DNA of 32,000 nt from Micrococcus luteus NCTC 2665 (GTDB lineage: Bacteria > Actinomycetota > Actinomycetes > Actinomycetales > Micrococcaceae): assembly GCF_000023205.1 (NCBI RefSeq), contig NC_012803.1, forward strand, positions 570,001 to 602,000, given 5' to 3'. The notes under the pieces are model-generated. The model searched no databases. It was not told where the DNA came from and saw only the letters and a list, made by a program, of their open reading frames with translations. The position numbers and the translations under genes are program-made. Positions 20,020 through 28,265 of the stretch are shown piece after piece (the stretch's first letter is position 1; each line of letters begins with the position of its first letter).

Positions 20020-21861
20020 ATGGCCCACCTGCTCGGCGCCGAGAACATCGGCATCGCCTTCGGCACCCGCACCGTCCTCGAGGGCCTCTCCCTCGGCGTG
20101 GATGAGGGGGACCGGATCGGACTCGTGGGCCGCAACGGCGACGGCAAGTCCACCCTCATGCGCATCCTCGCCGGCCTCCAGGAACCCGACACGGGCCGCG
20201 TCACCCGTCGCGGCGGCGTCCGCGTGGGCGTGCTGGACCAGCAGGACCGGCTCGACCCGGAGCACACCGTGCGTCAGGCCGTGGTCGGGGACGTGGACGA
20301 CCACGTGTGGGCCTCGGACCCCAAGGCCCGGGACGTCCTGGGCGGTCTCCTCGACGGCTTCGACCTCGAGCAGTCCGTGCGGGGCCTCTCCGGCGGCCAG
20401 CGCCGTCGCGTGGCCCTGGCCCGTCTGCTCGCCGGGGACGACGACGTCCTCTTCCTCGACGAGCCCACCAACCACCTGGACGTGGAGGGCGTCGCGTGGC
20501 TCGCCCGCCACCTGACGCAGCGCTGGCGCCCCACCGACGGCGGCCTCGTGGTGGTCACCCATGACCGGTGGTTCCTCGACGAGGTCTGCACGCGCACGTG
20601 GGAGGTGCACGACGCCACGGTGGACCCGTTCGACGGCGGCTACGCGGCGTGGGTGCTCGCGCGCGCGGAGCGCTCCCGGCAGGCGGCGGTGACGGAGCAG
20701 AAGCGTCAGCAGCTGGTGAAGAAGGAGCTCGCCTGGCTGCGCCGTGGCGCCCCGGCGCGCACGTCCAAGCCCAAGTTCCGCATCGAGGCGGCCAGCGCCA
20801 TCATCGAGGACGTCCCCGCCCCGCGCGACTCGGTGTCCCTGGCGAAGATGGCCACGGCCCGGCTGGGCAAGGACGTCCTCGACCTCGAGCACGTGAGCCT
20901 GGCGCTGGGGGAGAAGCCGATCCTCGACGACGTCACGCTGCGCCTGGCACCCGGCGAGCGGCTCGGCGTGGTCGGCGTCAACGGTGCCGGCAAGTCGACC
21001 CTGCTGCGCCTGCTCGACGGCCGCATCGCCCCGGGCTCGGGGCGGGTGAAGCGCGGCAAGACGGTGGTCTCGGCCACCCTCACCCAGGACGTGAAGGAGC
21101 TCGACGACGTCGCCCACCTGCGCGTCGCCGAAGTCATGGCCCGCGAGGGCTCGTCCTTCCAGGTCGGTGACCGCGAGATGTCCTCCGGCCAGCTGCTCGA
21201 GATGCTCGGCTTCGGCACCTCCCGGCAGTGGACGCAGGTCTCCGAGCTCTCGGGCGGCGAGCGCCGGCGCCTGCAGCTGCTGCGCCTGCTCGTGGGCGAG
21301 CCCAACGTCCTCCTGCTCGACGAGCCGACCAACGACCTGGACACGGACACCCTGGCCGCCGTCGAGGACGTGCTGGACGGGTGGCCGGGGACCCTGGTGG
21401 TGGTCTCCCATGACCGTTACCTGCTCGAGCGCGTCACCGACCACCAGGTCGCCCTGCTCGGGGACGGCAAGGTCCGCGGCCTGCCGGGCGGGGTGGACCA
21501 GTACCTCGAGCTGCGCGCCGCGATGGACGGCGCCGGCGGCCCGGCCCGGGGAGCCGGCGCGGCGCGAGGCCGCAACGACGTCGTCGGGACGTGCGCCGGC
21601 ATGGGCGGGCCGGAGGAGGACACCGGACCCACCGAGGCGGAGCGTCGGCGGGCCCGCAAGGAGACGGCTCGGCTTGAGAAGCAGATGACCCGGCTGCGGG
21701 ACCGCAGGTCCGGCCTCGAAACGCGGATGGCCGAGCTGGGGCAGGCGCAGGACTTCGACGCCCTCACCGCGGCCTCCGCCGACCTGAAGGACCTCGACGC
21801 GCAGCTGGACGCCCTGGAGGAGGAGTGGCTGCAGGCCGCTGAACTCGCCGACAGGGACTGA
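20020..21861 (+). CDS. ABC-F family ATPase (two ABC domains, no TM domain, C-terminal coiled coil)
   Basis: Walker A motifs GRNGDGKST and GVNGAGKST, signature motifs LSGGQRRR and LSGGERRR, and Walker B motifs LFLDEPTNHLD and LLLDEPTNDLD. GGAAAGGA lies upstream of the ATG at 20020. Confidence 0.85.
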   Translation: MAHLLGAENIGIAFGTRTVLEGLSLGVDEGDRIGLVGRNGDGKSTLMRILAGLQEPDTGRVTRRGGVRVGVLDQQDRLDPEHTVRQAVVGDVDDHVWASDPKARDVLGGLLDGFDLEQSVRGLSGGQRRRVALARLLAGDDDVLFLDEPTNHLDVEGVAWLARHLTQRWRPTDGGLVVVTHDRWFLDEVCTRTWEVHDATVDPFDGGYAAWVLARAERSRQAAVTEQKRQQLVKKELAWLRRGAPARTSKPKFRIEAASAIIEDVPAPRDSVSLAKMATARLGKDVLDLEHVSLALGEKPILDDVTLRLAPGERLGVVGVNGAGKSTLLRLLDGRIAPGSGRVKRGKTVVSATLTQDVKELDDVAHLRVAEVMAREGSSFQVGDREMSSGQLLEMLGFGTSRQWTQVSELSGGERRRLQLLRLLVGEPNVLLLDEPTNDLDTDTLAAVEDVLDGWPGTLVVVSHDRYLLERVTDHQVALLGDGKVRGLPGGVDQYLELRAAMDGAGGPARGAGAARGRNDVVGTCAGMGGPEEDTGPTEAERRRARKETARLEKQMTRLRDRRSGLETRMAELGQAQDFDALTAASADLKDLDAQLDALEEEWLQAAELADRD

Positions 21862-21926
21862 CCGGCGGGCTCGCACAGCAGAGTGTGGCAGGTGGCCCAG
21901 CCGACAGTTGTTTCCGCCCTATAATC

Positions 21927-21957
21927 GGGGTCGGGGCACAGCATCATGCCCGACCCC
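21927..21957. terminator. Hairpin after the ABC-F gene
   Basis: GGGGTCGGG(G)CA-cagcatca-TGCCCGACCCC is an 11-bp stem with one bulge, 66 nt after the stop. It immediately follows a perfect TATAAT at 21920-21925, so its role (terminator or 5'-UTR structure) is ambiguous. Confidence 0.4.
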
Positions 21958-22001
21958 ATGTGACGTGGACCATCCCCCGCGTCAGGACGGAGGAGCAGAG
22001 C

Positions 22002-22274
22002 GTGATCGCGAGTCCCGGTGATCAACTGACCATGCCCCGGAGGGGATCGACCGTCCGCGGTCGTGTCCTGGGTCGGCCCTGGGAGCGCGGCCTCCCGCTG
22101 CTCGTCCTCATCGTGGACCTCGTCGCGGTGCTGCTGGCCACCTTCGTCTCGGCCCAGCTCCGGTTCGGCGCCTCGCGAAGCATCACCCTCCCCGGCGCCG
22201 AACTCATCGACTACGGCACCATCAGCCTCACGCTGAGCGCGGCGTGGGTGCTCGCGCTGGGCATCCAGGGGTCG
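22002..22274 (+). pseudogene. N-terminal fragment of a polyprenyl glycosylphosphotransferase (exopolysaccharide/undecaprenyl-phosphate sugar transferase), truncated by IS256
   Basis: GTG at 22002 follows GGAGGAG. The TM-rich N-terminus reads LPLLVLIVDLVAVLLATFVSAQLRFG...ISLTLSAAWVLALGIQGS. The reading frame then runs 8 codons into the IS and stops at 22298. Confidence 0.8.
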
Positions 22275-23698
22275 GTCAAGTCCCGAGTAGTGGTGTAACG
22301 CTCTGATCCTCCATTGGTGCTGTTAGGCGCTGAGTTCGAGGGTGGTTTCCGGTTCGGCGTTCACCTCGTTCCCGGTGTCGTCCACGGTGGTGAGGCGGCA
22401 GCGGGCCAACACCTCGAGGCCGAGGTAGCGGCGGCCCTCGGCCCACTCATCGGTCTGCTCAGCCAGCACCGCCCCGACCAGGCGCACGATCGCTGCCCGG
22501 TTCGGGAAGATGCCCACGGCGTCGGTGCGACGCCGGATCTCGCGGTTGAGCCGTTCGGCCGGGTTGTTCGACCAGATCTGGGTCCACACGTCCTTGGGGA
22601 ACGTGGTGAACGCCAGGATGTCCGCCCGGGCACCATCGAGGTGTTCGGCCACCGCGGGCAGCTTTTCGCTGACGTAGTCCAGCAGCCGGTCGAACTGGGC
22701 GTCCACGCTGGCGGCGTCGGGCTGGTCATACACCGAGTGCAGCATGGCCTTCACGGCCGGCCACATGGACTTGGGGGTGATGCCCATCAGGTTCGCCGCG
22801 TAGTGGGTCCGGCACCGCTGCCAGGTCGCTCCGGGCAGGTTCGCGGCGATGGCGTCCTTGAGCCCGGTGTGGGCGTCGGAAGTGACCAGGCGGACTCCGG
22901 TCAGGCCCCGGGCCACCAGGTCGGCGAAGAACTCGTTCCACGCCGACCCCGTCTCCGAGGTGGCCACCCGCAGGCCGAGGACCTCGCGGTGGCCGTCACC
23001 ATTGACCCCGGTGGCCAGCAGCACCACGGCGTTGACCACGCGCCCGCCCTCACGCACCTTCATCGTCAACGCGTCCGCGGCAACGAACGTGAACGGTCCC
23101 GCCTCCCCGAGCGGCCGGTGGCGGAAGGCCTCCACCTGCTCATCGAGGTCCGCGGCCATCCGGGACACCTGGGACTTCGACAGGGCATTGATGCCCAAGG
23201 TCTTGACCAGCTTGTCCATCCGCCGGGTAGAGACACCGGCCAGGTAGCAGTCTGCGACCACGGTGATCAGCGCCGATTCGGCCCGCTTGCGCCGCTCGAG
23301 CAGCCATTCCGGGAAGTAGGTGCCCGAGCGCAGCTTCGGGATGGCCACGTCCACGGTGCCGACCCGGGTGTCCAGGTCCCGGTGCCGGTACCCATTGCGC
23401 TGGGCCGTGCGGTCACGGGAGGGTTTGCCCCATTCGGCGCCGACCACCGCATCGGCGTCAGCGCAGAGCAGGGTGTTGATCATCGTCTGCAGCAGGTGGC
23501 GCATCATGTCCGGGGAGGCCTCGGACAGGGCTTCGCCCAGCAGGCCGGCAGGGTCGACAATATGAGGAGCGGTCATCGTGATGACTCCATTCGAGGATTC
23601 TGTGAGAGGTTGACTCGAAGGATCACACGGTGGCCGCGTCCACGTCTGGAACGACGTGCCCGACCACCGGGCGCTACACCACTATGCGGGACTCAACT
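22275..23698 (-). mobile_element. IS256-family insertion sequence, about 1424 bp
   Basis: Terminal inverted repeats: GTCAAGTCCCGAGTAGTGGTGTAACGC at 22275 versus the reverse complement (A)GTTGAGTCCCGCATAGTGGTGTAGCGC ending at 23698. A 9-bp direct repeat CAGGGGTCG lies at 22266-22274 and 23699-23707. It has a single Transposase_mut-type ORF. Confidence 0.85.
22323..23576 (-). CDS. IS256-family (MULE/Transposase_mut) transposase
   Basis: 417 aa: MTAPHIVDPAGLLGEAL...TAQRNGYRHRDLDTRVGTVDVAIPKLRSGTYFP...FVAADALTMKV...VTSDAHTGLKDAI...QRCRTHYAANL...SNNPAERLNREIRRR. Confidence 0.9.
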   Translation of the reverse strand: MTAPHIVDPAGLLGEALSEASPDMMRHLLQTMINTLLCADADAVVGAEWGKPSRDRTAQRNGYRHRDLDTRVGTVDVAIPKLRSGTYFPEWLLERRKRAESALITVVADCYLAGVSTRRMDKLVKTLGINALSKSQVSRMAADLDEQVEAFRHRPLGEAGPFTFVAADALTMKVREGGRVVNAVVLLATGVNGDGHREVLGLRVATSETGSAWNEFFADLVARGLTGVRLVTSDAHTGLKDAIAANLPGATWQRCRTHYAANLMGITPKSMWPAVKAMLHSVYDQPDAASVDAQFDRLLDYVSEKLPAVAEHLDGARADILAFTTFPKDVWTQIWSNNPAERLNREIRRRTDAVGIFPNRAAIVRLVGAVLAEQTDEWAEGRRYLGLEVLARCRLTTVDDTGNEVNAEPETTLELSA

Positions 23699-24928
23699 CA
23701 GGGGTCGCGGGACATCCGGATCCTGGGGGCGGGCAGCGAGGAGTACAAGCGGGTCCTGCAGAGCACTCTCTATCTCTTCGGCACCTTCGCGATCCTCGCC
23801 TATGCGGCAGGTCTCGAAGTGGCGCGCGGCTACGTGGGCCTGGCTCTGCCGCTGGGTGTCCTCCTGCTCCTGCTGGGCCGGTTCCTCGTGCGCAGGTGGG
23901 TGGCGCGGCAGCGACACCGCGGCAGGTTCCGGCGGCGGCTCCTGCTCGTCGGCGGCCCGAAGGCGGTCCGGCACATCTTCCAGACCCTCGACTCCGAGGC
24001 CGGCGCCGGCTACGCCCCCGTGGCGGCGGCTCTCCCCGGATACAAGGCCCGGCGGGAGGACTACCTCCCGATACCGGTCTCCACGGACCTGGACACCGTG
24101 GAGGACCTGGTCGCCCTCGTGGAAGAGCGCGACCTCGAAGCGGTGGTGATCACCTCGGGCCACTCGTTCGTCCCCGGGGACGTCCGCCGGCTGGGCTGGG
24201 AGCTGCAGGAGCGCGGCGTCTCCCTGATCATGGCGCCCGCCCTCGTGGACGTCGCCGGACCCCGTCTCCACACGCAGCCCCTCGCGGGTCTGCCGCTCAT
24301 CCACCTCTCCACCCCGCGCCTCTCCGAGGGCAAGGCATTCGTCAAGCGGGGGTTCGACGTCGTCGCGTCGGGTCTGGGCCTGATCATCATCTCGCCGCTG
24401 CTGATCGCCGTCGCGATCGCGGTCAAGGCCACGGACGGCGGGCCGGTGCTGTTCCGGCAGGAGCGCATCGGTCTCGGCGGCAGGCCGTTCACCATGCTCA
24501 AGTTCCGCTCCATGGTGGTGGACGCCGAGAAGATCCGGCAGCGGCTCGTCTCGGATGGCGGGGATGCGGACGTGCTGTTCAAGATGAAGGACGACCCGCG
24601 CATCACGAAGGTCGGCAGGTTCATCCGCCGCACCAGCATCGACGAGCTGCCCCAGCTCGTGAACGTGCTGCGGGGGGACATGTCCCTCGTGGGCCCGCGG
24701 CCCCACCTGCCGCACGAGGTCGAGGCCTATGACCAGTACGTGCACCGCCGGTTCCTGGTGAAGCCCGGCATCACGGGCCTCTGGCAGGTCTCCGGCCGGT
24801 CCGACCTCCCGTGGGAGGAGGCGGTCCGCCTGGACCTCTACTACGTGGAGAACTGGTCCATCCTGGGCGACCTCGTGATCCTGGGGCGGACCGTCAAGGC
24901 CGTGATCGCCGCCGACGGCGCCTATTGA
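23699..24928 (+). pseudogene. C-terminal fragment (catalytic Bac_transf domain) of the same glycosylphosphotransferase
   Basis: QGSRDIRILGAGSEEYKRV..., then the catalytic domain FVKRGFDVVASGLGLIIISPLLIAVAIAVKATDGGPVLFRQERIGLGGRPFTMLKFRSM...DELPQLVNVLRGDMSLVGPRP...PGITGLWQVSGRSD. Removing the IS and one repeat copy restores one ORF of about 497 codons. Confidence 0.85.
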
Positions 24929-24992
24929 CCCCGGATCCGCACGACCTGTGTGGAAGAATGGGCCGTCGTCGCCGCCCCCTGGGGCCCGGCGC

Positions 24993-25064
24993 TCCGCCCT
25001 GGTGTAATGGCAGCACGCCGGCCTTTGGAGCCGTGCGGTCTAGGTTCGAATCCTAGGGGCGGAA
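24993..25064 (+). tRNA. tRNA-Gln (anticodon TTG)
   Basis: Manual cloverleaf fold: acceptor TCCGCCC/GGGCGGA, D arm GTGT-AATGGCA-GCAC, anticodon arm CCGGC-CTTTGGA-GCCGT, T arm CTAGG-TTCGAAT-CCTAG, discriminator A. No encoded CCA. Confidence 0.85.
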
Positions 25065-25101
25065 CCCCCGTCCTCTGACCCCCACCGGTGCAGGAGCCCC
25101 C

Positions 25102-26595
25102 ATGTCCCAGCCGTCCGCTCGTCCCTCCGCCGTGATCGTCCTGGCCGCGGGCCAGGGCACCCGCATGAAGTCGACGACGCCGAAGATCATGCATGCGATC
25201 GGGGGACGCTCCCTCGTGGGCCACGCGCTCGCGGCGGCGTGGTCGCTTGCGCCGGAGCACCTCGTGGCCGTGGTCCGGCACGAGCGGGCCCGCGTGGCCG
25301 AGCACATCGAGACGGTGGCGGCCCAGCTGGGCATCGACGCGCTGGCGATCGCCGACCAGGACGACGTGCCGGGCACGGGCCGCGCCGTCGAGCTGGGCCT
25401 GGCCGCCCTGCCCGCGGACCTCGAGGGCACCGTCGTGGTGACCTACGGCGACGTCCCGCTGCTGACCCCGGAGACGCTCGCCCGCCTCGTCGCGGACCAC
25501 GAGGCGGACGGCAACGCCGTCACCGTGCTCACCGCCACCCTCGAGGACGCCACGGGCTACGGCCGCATCGTCCGCGACGCCGAGGGCCTCGTGGAGCGGA
25601 TCATGGAGCACAAGGACGCCCTCGCCCACGCCGAGTCCACGGGGGACGACTCCTTCGTGGCGATCCGCGAGGTCAACTCCGGCATCTACGCCTTCGACGC
25701 CGCCCTGCTGCGGCGCACGCTCCCGGCGATCTCCACGGACAACGTGCAGGGCGAGAAGTACCTCACGGACGTGCTGGGCATGGCCCGGGACGAGGGCGGC
25801 CGCGTGGCCTCCGTGGGCACGCAGGACGTGTGGGAGGTCGAGGGCGCCAACGACCGCCGCCAGCTCTCCGACCTGGGCCGTCGGCTGAACGAGCGCGTGC
25901 TGCGCCACTGGATGAAGGAGGGCGTCACCGTGGTGGACCCCTCCTCCACGTGGGTGGACGTCACCGTCACCTTGTCCTCGGACGTCACTCTCAAGCCGGG
26001 CACGCAGCTGCACGGTGCGACGTCGGTGGCCACCGGCGCCGTGGTGGGCCCGGACTCCACCCTCACGGACACGCAGGTGGGGGAGCGCGCCGTGGTCAAG
26101 CGGACCGACGCCACGGAGGCCGTGATCGGCGCGGACGCGAGCATCGGCCCGTTCACCTACCTGCGCCCGGGCACCGTGCTGGGCGAGGAGGGCAGGATCG
26201 GCGCGTTCTACGAGACGAAGAAGGTCACCATCGGCCGCGGCGCCAAGCTCTCCCACCTCGGCTACGCCGGCGACGCCGAGATCGGCGAGTACACGAACAT
26301 CGGCTGCGGCAACATCACCGCCAACTACGACGGCGTCAACAAGCACCGCACGGTGATCGGCGCGCACGTGCGCACCGGCTCCAACACGGTGTTCACGGCC
26401 CCGGTGACCGTGGGCGACGGCGCCTACACCGGCGCGGGCGCCGTGGTCCGCGAGGACGTGCCCGCCGGGGCACTGGCGCTGAACGCCGTGAGCCAGCGCA
26501 CCCTCGAGGGCTGGGTGCCGGCCAAGCGCCCGGGCACCTCCTCGGCCGAGGCCGCGCGGGCCGCCGGCGCGGAGGGCTCCGGCGCTCAGGGCTGA
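25102..26595 (+). CDS. glmU: Bifunctional UDP-N-acetylglucosamine diphosphorylase / glucosamine-1-phosphate N-acetyltransferase
   Basis: VIVLAAGQGTRMKSTTPKIMH, YGDVPLL, NSGIYAF, and a C-terminal left-handed beta-helix hexapeptide region (IGAFYETKK...IGCGNITANYDG...). GCAGGAG lies upstream of the ATG. Confidence 0.92.
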   Translation: MSQPSARPSAVIVLAAGQGTRMKSTTPKIMHAIGGRSLVGHALAAAWSLAPEHLVAVVRHERARVAEHIETVAAQLGIDALAIADQDDVPGTGRAVELGLAALPADLEGTVVVTYGDVPLLTPETLARLVADHEADGNAVTVLTATLEDATGYGRIVRDAEGLVERIMEHKDALAHAESTGDDSFVAIREVNSGIYAFDAALLRRTLPAISTDNVQGEKYLTDVLGMARDEGGRVASVGTQDVWEVEGANDRRQLSDLGRRLNERVLRHWMKEGVTVVDPSSTWVDVTVTLSSDVTLKPGTQLHGATSVATGAVVGPDSTLTDTQVGERAVVKRTDATEAVIGADASIGPFTYLRPGTVLGEEGRIGAFYETKKVTIGRGAKLSHLGYAGDAEIGEYTNIGCGNITANYDGVNKHRTVIGAHVRTGSNTVFTAPVTVGDGAYTGAGAVVREDVPAGALALNAVSQRTLEGWVPAKRPGTSSAEAARAAGAEGSGAQG

Positions 26596-26607
26596 CCCCG
26601 CGCGCCC
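26553..26607. repeat. 55-bp direct repeat, copy 1 (last 14 glmU codons, the stop, and 12 nt beyond)
   Basis: CGCGCGGGCCGCCGGCGCgGAGGGCTCCGGCGCTCAGGGCTGACCCCGCGCGCCC. It matches 28223-28277 at 54 of 55 positions; the single G/C difference at 26571 versus 28241 is synonymous. Confidence 0.9.
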
Positions 26608-26621
26608 GACAAGAGGTCGGC

Positions 26622-26659
26622 GTGTCACAACCGTACCGATTCCGGTACGGTTGTGACAC
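26622..26659. promoter_or_regulatory. Perfect 17-bp-arm inverted repeat upstream of abiEi, a candidate operator and/or glmU terminator
   Basis: GTGTCACAACCGTACCG-attc-CGGTACGGTTGTGACAC. It starts 14 nt after repeat copy 1 and ends 21 nt before the abiEi GTG. Confidence 0.5.
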
Positions 26660-26680
26660 CAGAGATGAGGTGGTGATCCC

Positions 26681-27250
26681 GTGACGTATCGTGACGATCT
26701 GTGGGACGTGGCTGCGGGGAACCACGGGGTCATCACCACTACGGAAGCGGAGGAGGCGGGCGTGCCCGCCGTCGAGGTCCGCAAGCTCGCCCAGCGCGGC
26801 GTTCTGCGGAGGCTGGCCCACGGGGTGTACCTCCATCGCCAGGTTCCCCGCGACCGGTTCACGGACGCGGCGGAGGCCGTGGCCACGGTCGGTGAAGATG
26901 CATTCCTGGACTGGGACGCAGTGCTGTCACTGTACGACCTCGCCCTGGTCGATCCCTCCGTCGTACGGGTGGGCGTGACGAGGCGGTACCGCGGCTCGCC
27001 GCGCGCGCATGTACGAGTGACACGACGCCGTCCCCCGCCGGGCGACGAGGACCTCACCTTTCACGGCGGCGTGCGAGGCCTCACGATCAACCAAGCCCTT
27101 CGTGAGGCACTCGACCGCATCCCTCTCGAGCGCGTCGCCGCTGCGATCGAGGAGGCCCGCGCGCGCGGGCTGCTCACGGTGGGCGAGGCGAGGAGCTTGA
27201 AGAGGGACCTGGAGGCGCGGCAGAACGGTGGACATCGTGGCGGTCGCTGA
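26681..27250 (+). CDS. abiEi: AbiEi-family antitoxin / transcriptional regulator (type IV TA, COG5340-like)
   Basis: N-terminal winged-HTH pattern GVITTTEAEEAGVPAVEVRKLAQRGVLRRLAHGVYLH, then SLYDLALVDPSVVRVGV...LTINQALREAL. The GTG start follows GAGGTGG. It overlaps the next ORF. Confidence 0.75.
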   Translation: MTYRDDLWDVAAGNHGVITTTEAEEAGVPAVEVRKLAQRGVLRRLAHGVYLHRQVPRDRFTDAAEAVATVGEDAFLDWDAVLSLYDLALVDPSVVRVGVTRRYRGSPRAHVRVTRRRPPPGDEDLTFHGGVRGLTINQALREALDRIPLERVAAAIEEARARGLLTVGEARSLKRDLEARQNGGHRGGR

Positions 27251-28265
27251 CGTGGTCGTGGGCCTGGGCGATCTGGGAGCTCGAGGTGCGCCCAGGAGCG
27301 AAGGCCAACTCAACCGTCGACTGGAGGCGATCGCTGACGCGATGGGCGTTCCGGTGGACCGGGCGCGCCGGTTGCTGGGAGCAGTGATCGTGGCGCAGAT
27401 GTTGCCGGAAGGCGTCGTAGTCAAGGGTGCAAATGGCGTTCGACTCCGCCATGGAGCCACCGGGACGCGGGCGACCCGGGATCTCGATCTACTGGCTCGC
27501 GATCCCCAGCAGGCGCTGAAGGACTTGACCGGGTTCGTCGACCGGGGATGGGGGGCCGCGCCCGGGAGCAAGAGAGAACTCAAGGCCGACCCGGCTGCGA
27601 CCCGGGTGGCCTTCTTCGGCACGGTGCATGAGGACGATCCTGCGGAGCCTCTCGGAGTGCCCGATCCCTACGTCCTGTCACGAGCGAAGGTGACCCTGCA
27701 TTTTCTCTCCCCGAGGACAAGTTGGGTGTCGGTCCCGATCGAGATCGGGCGCGACGAATTCGAGGGCAGCACGCTGGCGCAGCCAGTCGAGGTCGTGGCA
27801 CCCCAGGTCGCGGAGGCGGTCACCGCGTTGGGATGTGGAACACCGCGGTCTGTGGCCGTGATGGCTGTCGAGCAGCAGCTCGCACAGAAGATCCATGCCG
27901 TCACGGATCCACATCAGACGCGAGGCCACGATCTCGTGGACATCCAGTTGCTCTGGCATGGGGCGGAGGCCGAGGGTGGTGTCGACATCCCGTTGCTCGC
28001 AGATCTCGTCAGCCGTACTTTCATGTTTCGGTCACCCGGCCGGACTGCGGCAGGACACACACCGCATGAGTGGCCGCCTCCGGTCGCTCACGTCCGGACT
28101 CTCGAGCAGGGGTACCTGGATGCGCTGGAGGAGACACGAGTGGGTGCGGAGGGACAGGCCAGGCTCCTGCAGCCGCGCGTGTCCGACGCGGCGGATTGGC
28201 TGGAGTCGTTGATCACAAGGATCGCGCGGGCCGCCGGCGCCGAGGGCTCCGGCGCTCAGGGCTGA
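27228..28265 (+). CDS. abiEii: AbiEii/AbiGii (DUF1814) nucleotidyltransferase toxin
   Basis: VVVKGANGVRLRHGATGTRATRDLDLLA (G..x..RxTxDLDL NTase motif), VPIEIG, VEQQLAQKIHAVTD (conserved Lys), TRGHDLVDIQLL (RxxDxxD). The start is ambiguous (GTG 27228, 27252 or 27258). The last 14 codons lie in repeat copy 2 and are identical to the glmU C-terminus. Confidence 0.75.
   Translation: MDIVAVADVVVGLGDLGARGAPRSEGQLNRRLEAIADAMGVPVDRARRLLGAVIVAQMLPEGVVVKGANGVRLRHGATGTRATRDLDLLARDPQQALKDLTGFVDRGWGAAPGSKRELKADPAATRVAFFGTVHEDDPAEPLGVPDPYVLSRAKVTLHFLSPRTSWVSVPIEIGRDEFEGSTLAQPVEVVAPQVAEAVTALGCGTPRSVAVMAVEQQLAQKIHAVTDPHQTRGHDLVDIQLLWHGAEAEGGVDIPLLADLVSRTFMFRSPGRTAAGHTPHEWPPPVAHVRTLEQGYLDALEETRVGAEGQARLLQPRVSDAADWLESLITRIARAAGAEGSGAQG

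Noticed and set aside
19093-21876. 927-aa minus ORF antisense to ispE and the ABC-F gene
   Set aside because: This is a shadow frame with low-complexity Arg/Gly/Ala content. The plus strand carries motif-complete genes.
24922-27057. 711-aa minus ORF covering tRNA-Gln, glmU and part of abiEi
   Set aside because: It runs antisense through a tRNA and glmU, and its composition is typical of a shadow ORF.
26608-28222. Integrase, transposase, terminal inverted repeats or phage genes that would explain the mobility of the AbiE islet
   Set aside because: All six frames were inspected through the track. Only the two TA ORFs are credible, and the other ORFs here are overlapping shadow frames. The islet is therefore not called a prophage, ICE or IS.
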